Origin: Candidatus Poribacteria bacterium
Lineage (GTDB): Bacteria > Poribacteria > WGA-4E > WGA-3G
Length of the DNA stretch: 64,000 nt
Assembly (NCBI GenBank): GCA_965197475.1
Contig: CBDANF010000003.1
Location: 3,360,001-3,424,000, forward strand
Reading direction: 5' to 3'
Part shown: positions 61,061 to 64,000 of the stretch, in pieces
Position numbering within the stretch: position 1 is the stretch's first letter
Layout of the letters: every line of letters begins with the position of its first letter
Notes under the pieces: generated by a model
What the model was told of the DNA's origin: nothing
Seen by the model: only the letters and a program-made list of their open reading frames with translations
The model's database searches: none
Program-made: the position numbers and the translations under genes

Positions 61061-61909
61061 ATGATAATTGATTCTCATACACACGCATGGCCCCGCTGGC
61101 CTTACCAACCTCCTGTCCCTGATGATGAAAGCCGTGGAATAGTTGAACAACTCCTCCATGAAATGGATTTGCACAACGTTGATCAGGCAGTCCTTATCTG
61201 TGCACGCATTGATAGAAATATCGACAATAACGACTATGCTGCGGAATGTGTTAAACGCTATCCTGAACGACTTATTCAGTTCGCCGATGTAGATTGTTCT
61301 TGGACAGAAACATATCACACCGATGGCGCAGCTGAGCGGCTCAAAACCGAAGTGGAGAGATATAAACTCAAAGGTTACACCCACTACCTCAGAGGCGATG
61401 ACGATGGCAGTTGGTTCTTTTCGGAAGAGGGACAACGTTTCTTTCAAACAACAGCAGAACTTAGACTAATTGCAAGCATCGCTATGGGAAGTCATCAACA
61501 CGTTCCGCTCCGTAAATTAGCAGCACAGTTCCCCAAGGTTCCCTTTCTGTGCCATCACATGGCTGGTGCGCGGGCAGGTGAGGAACATCCTTACCCGCAA
61601 CTCAAAGAAGTGCTTGCATCTGCAAATGTTCCAAATATCCACGTGAAGATGTCGGGGTTTGCTTATGTCTCACAGGTTTCGTGGGACTATCCGTATTCGG
61701 ATACACACTGGATTGTTCGTGCGCTTTATGAACATTTTGGTCCTGGTCGCCTGTGTTGGGGATCAGACTATCCGGTAGTCCGCAATTTTATGACCTATCA
61801 ACACGCACTTGAGGCGTTCCGCACCCATTGCACCTTTATCCCTGAAACCGACAAAGCGGAAATATTAGGTGGAACCCTTCACAGATTGTTATCTGAAGCA
61901 GGATTATAG
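61061..61909 (+). CDS. Amidohydrolase_2 family protein
   Basis: IDSHTHAW, VKMSG, WGSDYP. Confidence 0.9.
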   Translation: MIIDSHTHAWPRWPYQPPVPDDESRGIVEQLLHEMDLHNVDQAVLICARIDRNIDNNDYAAECVKRYPERLIQFADVDCSWTETYHTDGAAERLKTEVERYKLKGYTHYLRGDDDGSWFFSEEGQRFFQTTAELRLIASIAMGSHQHVPLRKLAAQFPKVPFLCHHMAGARAGEEHPYPQLKEVLASANVPNIHVKMSGFAYVSQVSWDYPYSDTHWIVRALYEHFGPGRLCWGSDYPVVRNFMTYQHALEAFRTHCTFIPETDKAEILGGTLHRLLSEAGL

Positions 61910-61914
61910 TTTTC

Positions 61915-61943
61915 TTGATTTTTTAATAACATTCTGGTATAAT
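61915..61943 (+). promoter_or_regulatory. sigma70-type promoter
   Basis: TTGATT-17 bp-TATAAT with TG extension. Confidence 0.6.
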
Positions 61944-62012
61944 AAAATTAAAAGAGCAGTTCCGTTTTAGCATTTAGAAAGGCGAATCTGAAATCAGAAG
62001 GGAGAAATTGTT

Positions 62013-62666
62013 ATGAAAAGGATCATTGTTTTTACAACCTTGGCACTTATCCTAATATCTGGGTTTGCAATTGCTACAGAAAACCCGATTGTGCAAGGTG
62101 AGTATATAGAAGCCCGGTCAGCAAGTGTTTATGTCGGCGCATGCCATTTCGGTGCGGAATTTGTGGAAGGTGGTAAAGAGGCAACACTTGTTTGGAACAT
62201 CCATAATGGCAGTTGGAACAACGTCGCATTAGATGGATTAACCGTTGTTGCTGTTGTCAGTGCCAAAAACAATTTGGCGATTGATACAAAGACACGCAAG
62301 AGTGTATTGTATGTGGACGCAAAAGCCACACCAGAACAACGCGCTGCGCTCACCAATATGCTTGTCACGAAACGTTCTGATGTTCTCGGTAAAGTTGTCG
62401 CAACGCAAATCGCCCCCACCACATTTACCAAAAAAGGAACAAAATACGATGTGACGGTTGGGAAAGTGTTTACATTATCTGCGAATCGTTATCCGTGCGC
62501 CAAATGCACACAACCCCACCAAATTTGGTATGAACCGTTAACAACAGTTCAAAATGCGATTGTGGGAAAATCTGAAATCTATCGCTATAAAGATACGCAC
62601 TTGCCAGTTAATTGGCAGCAAGGCGATGCAGCCAATAACGTCTTTGTCGGTAGTTTTTCGATGTAA
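62013..62666 (+). CDS. Secreted DUF1326-like protein
   Basis: Signal peptide; GEYIEARSASVYVGAC, W.I..G....V.LDGL.V, YVDAKATPEQR.AL. Confidence 0.75.
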   Translation: MKRIIVFTTLALILISGFAIATENPIVQGEYIEARSASVYVGACHFGAEFVEGGKEATLVWNIHNGSWNNVALDGLTVVAVVSAKNNLAIDTKTRKSVLYVDAKATPEQRAALTNMLVTKRSDVLGKVVATQIAPTTFTKKGTKYDVTVGKVFTLSANRYPCAKCTQPHQIWYEPLTTVQNAIVGKSEIYRYKDTHLPVNWQQGDAANNVFVGSFSM

Positions 62667-62674
62667 CGTATCAA

Positions 62675-62708
62675 CGTCTGTAGTTGCCTTGTGGGGTAAC
62701 TACAGACG
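62675..62708 (+). terminator. Hairpin after the stop codon (terminator or REP-like)
   Basis: Stem CGTCTGTAGTTGCC / GGTAACTACAGACG. Confidence 0.6.
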
Positions 62709-62896
62709 CTATTTACACGCATCATAATCGTGGTTTTATAACTTGCCCCTTGATATCCTCCTCTTTTTCTAAACTTTTAGTTCAATATGGTACGGTTTTT
62801 ACAAACCATTGGCATACTACGTCTAATGAAATAATACCATATAAATTTACGCAATGAGTAGTTTTGGACTTGATAAATTTGAGAAAAATTTTTCAC

Positions 62897-62925
62897 TTGA
62901 CAAAATCCTGCCAGTATAGTATCCT
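62897..62925 (+). promoter_or_regulatory. sigma70-type promoter
   Basis: TTGACA-17 bp-TATCCT. Confidence 0.7.
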
Positions 62926-62933
62926 ATTAACAT

Positions 62934-63012
62934 CACGAATTTTGGTAGAGAATGTTAGCCGCGTCGCAAGGCGCGGTCTCTACCTCAACCGCCTAACATC
63001 GGAAAATTCGTG
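62934..63012 (+). ncRNA. Candidate pseudoknotted structured RNA
   Basis: Four complementary pairings directly after the promoter (see findings). Confidence 0.55.
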
Positions 63013-63125
63013 TGTGTGAATTCGTGAATCAATGCAACACATTTCATATATTTTATGGACTCACACAATGGAGTCTTTGCATCTAAAACCCCATTGTGCT
63101 GTGTCCTATGCCAAAGGAGTTTAGG

Positions 63126-63588
63126 ATGCACAAAAAAGTTGGACCTGGTGGCGTTATTCTTAATCCTGTAAGCACACCACCGTGGGAATCACCAATAGAT
63201 GAGGTTATAATACCTCCAGCATTGTCACGTCCAGATGAATTTAAAACCAACTGGAAACAATTGTCGTTTTCATTCAAAGGTAGAATAAACCGAAAAGACT
63301 TTTGGATATATTTCTTAGGTACTGGTTTATTATACATAACTTTTTGGGGCATTTTTGATATATACAGTAGGTGAAATTGCGTATTACGCTTTTATGATAC
63401 CAATTAGTATCGTGAAATTCTTCTGGTGTGATAACGCTGTTATCGTGAAACGATGCCATGATTTTGGTAGATCTGCTTGGTATCTTATCCTATTTTACAT
63501 ACCTCCGATTGGTATAGTCATTTGGTTTATGCTTGCTTTCAGTAAAGGTGATCCCGAACCAAACAAGTATGGCAACCCACCTAAATAA
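63126..63588 (+). pseudogene. DUF805-family membrane protein; frameshift at ~63345
   Basis: FSFKGRINRKDFW in the first ORF; VKRCHDFGRSAW..GDPEPNKYG in the second. They join if one G is removed from TTTTGGGG. Confidence 0.85.
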
Positions 63589-63637
63589 CCCAACAACGAG
63601 GGGACTCTGTCCCCTCTAACCACAAAGGAGAAATCCG

Positions 63638-63889
63638 ATGAATAATTTAGTCCAAGAACAACAAGGACAACTTCAACGAAAAGAAGATATTCAGAAAGGA
63701 GTAGCAGAACTTTTAATTACTCCACTTCTGGATGACCTTGAAAAAGCATATAACGATTTTAAAAGTAAAGATTTAAAATCTATCCATCAACTAACACAGG
63801 CTTTGAGTATATTTGTGAAAAAGACAAATGAAATTAATTCACAAGTTAGTTATGTGAATAGTGTTCTTAATTATCTTTCACAGAATTAA
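63638..63889 (+). CDS. Small hypothetical helical protein
   Basis: AAGGAG RBS preceded by the hairpin GAGGGGAC-TCT-GTCCCCTC; 83 aa. Confidence 0.65.
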   Translation: MNNLVQEQQGQLQRKEDIQKGVAELLITPLLDDLEKAYNDFKSKDLKSIHQLTQALSIFVKKTNEINSQVSYVNSVLNYLSQN

Positions 63890-64000
63890 CCTTTTGACAC
63901 ATTTCATCAATAAGATGAAGACCTTTGTTAAGTCTTTTTGTGTCACCGATATTCGTTCTTTTTACTAAATCAGTCATAGGACCGCGTAGGAATTGGATAT

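Noticed and set aside
62934-63012. ZTP riboswitch or HDV-like ribozyme
   Set aside because: The topology is reminiscent, but the ZTP consensus nucleotides are missing, and there is no HDV-type P4 or short P3/L3.
1-64000. CRISPR array, tRNA or rRNA genes
   Set aside because: No regularly spaced repeat-spacer series, cloverleaf or rRNA-like sequence seen by eye. The 33-bp repeats occur only twice, 1.1 kb apart, around a gene.

Overview
64-kb chromosomal segment of a Gram-negative bacterium. The protein repertoire (LamG, WD40, TolB-like, FG-GAP/CRTAC1, TPR and VWA proteins, several ending in a [AP]V-x-P-x-G-K-x-x-x-[TQ]-W-G-x-[IVL]-K motif or an FlgD-Ig/T9SS-A-like tail) points to Candidatus Poribacteria; this is an inference. 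Scattered housekeeping genes (msrA, hisF, glnE, thiE, rsmB, rpsT, purH) are mixed with secreted repeat proteins, three toxin-antitoxin loci, an IS1-family element, a truncated IS5-family element, MITEs and GTAG-type REP palindromes. I found no rRNA, tRNA or CRISPR array. Most interesting observations: (1) two paralogous cassettes, each a divergent secreted beta-rich protein, an intergenic hairpin and a TolB-like propeller carrying the TWG motif; (2) a ~450-nt promoter-driven, densely structured, pseudoknotted leader RNA before one cassette and a sigma54 promoter before the other; (3) a second, ~80-nt pseudoknotted RNA near the window end; (4) the TWG motif as a candidate sorting signal; (5) a REP palindrome inserted in frame in purH; (6) a three-gene Panacea TA operon with a broken antitoxin and an apparently intact toxin. 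Several single-base frameshifts may be sequencing errors. All family calls come from motif recognition by eye, not from database searches.
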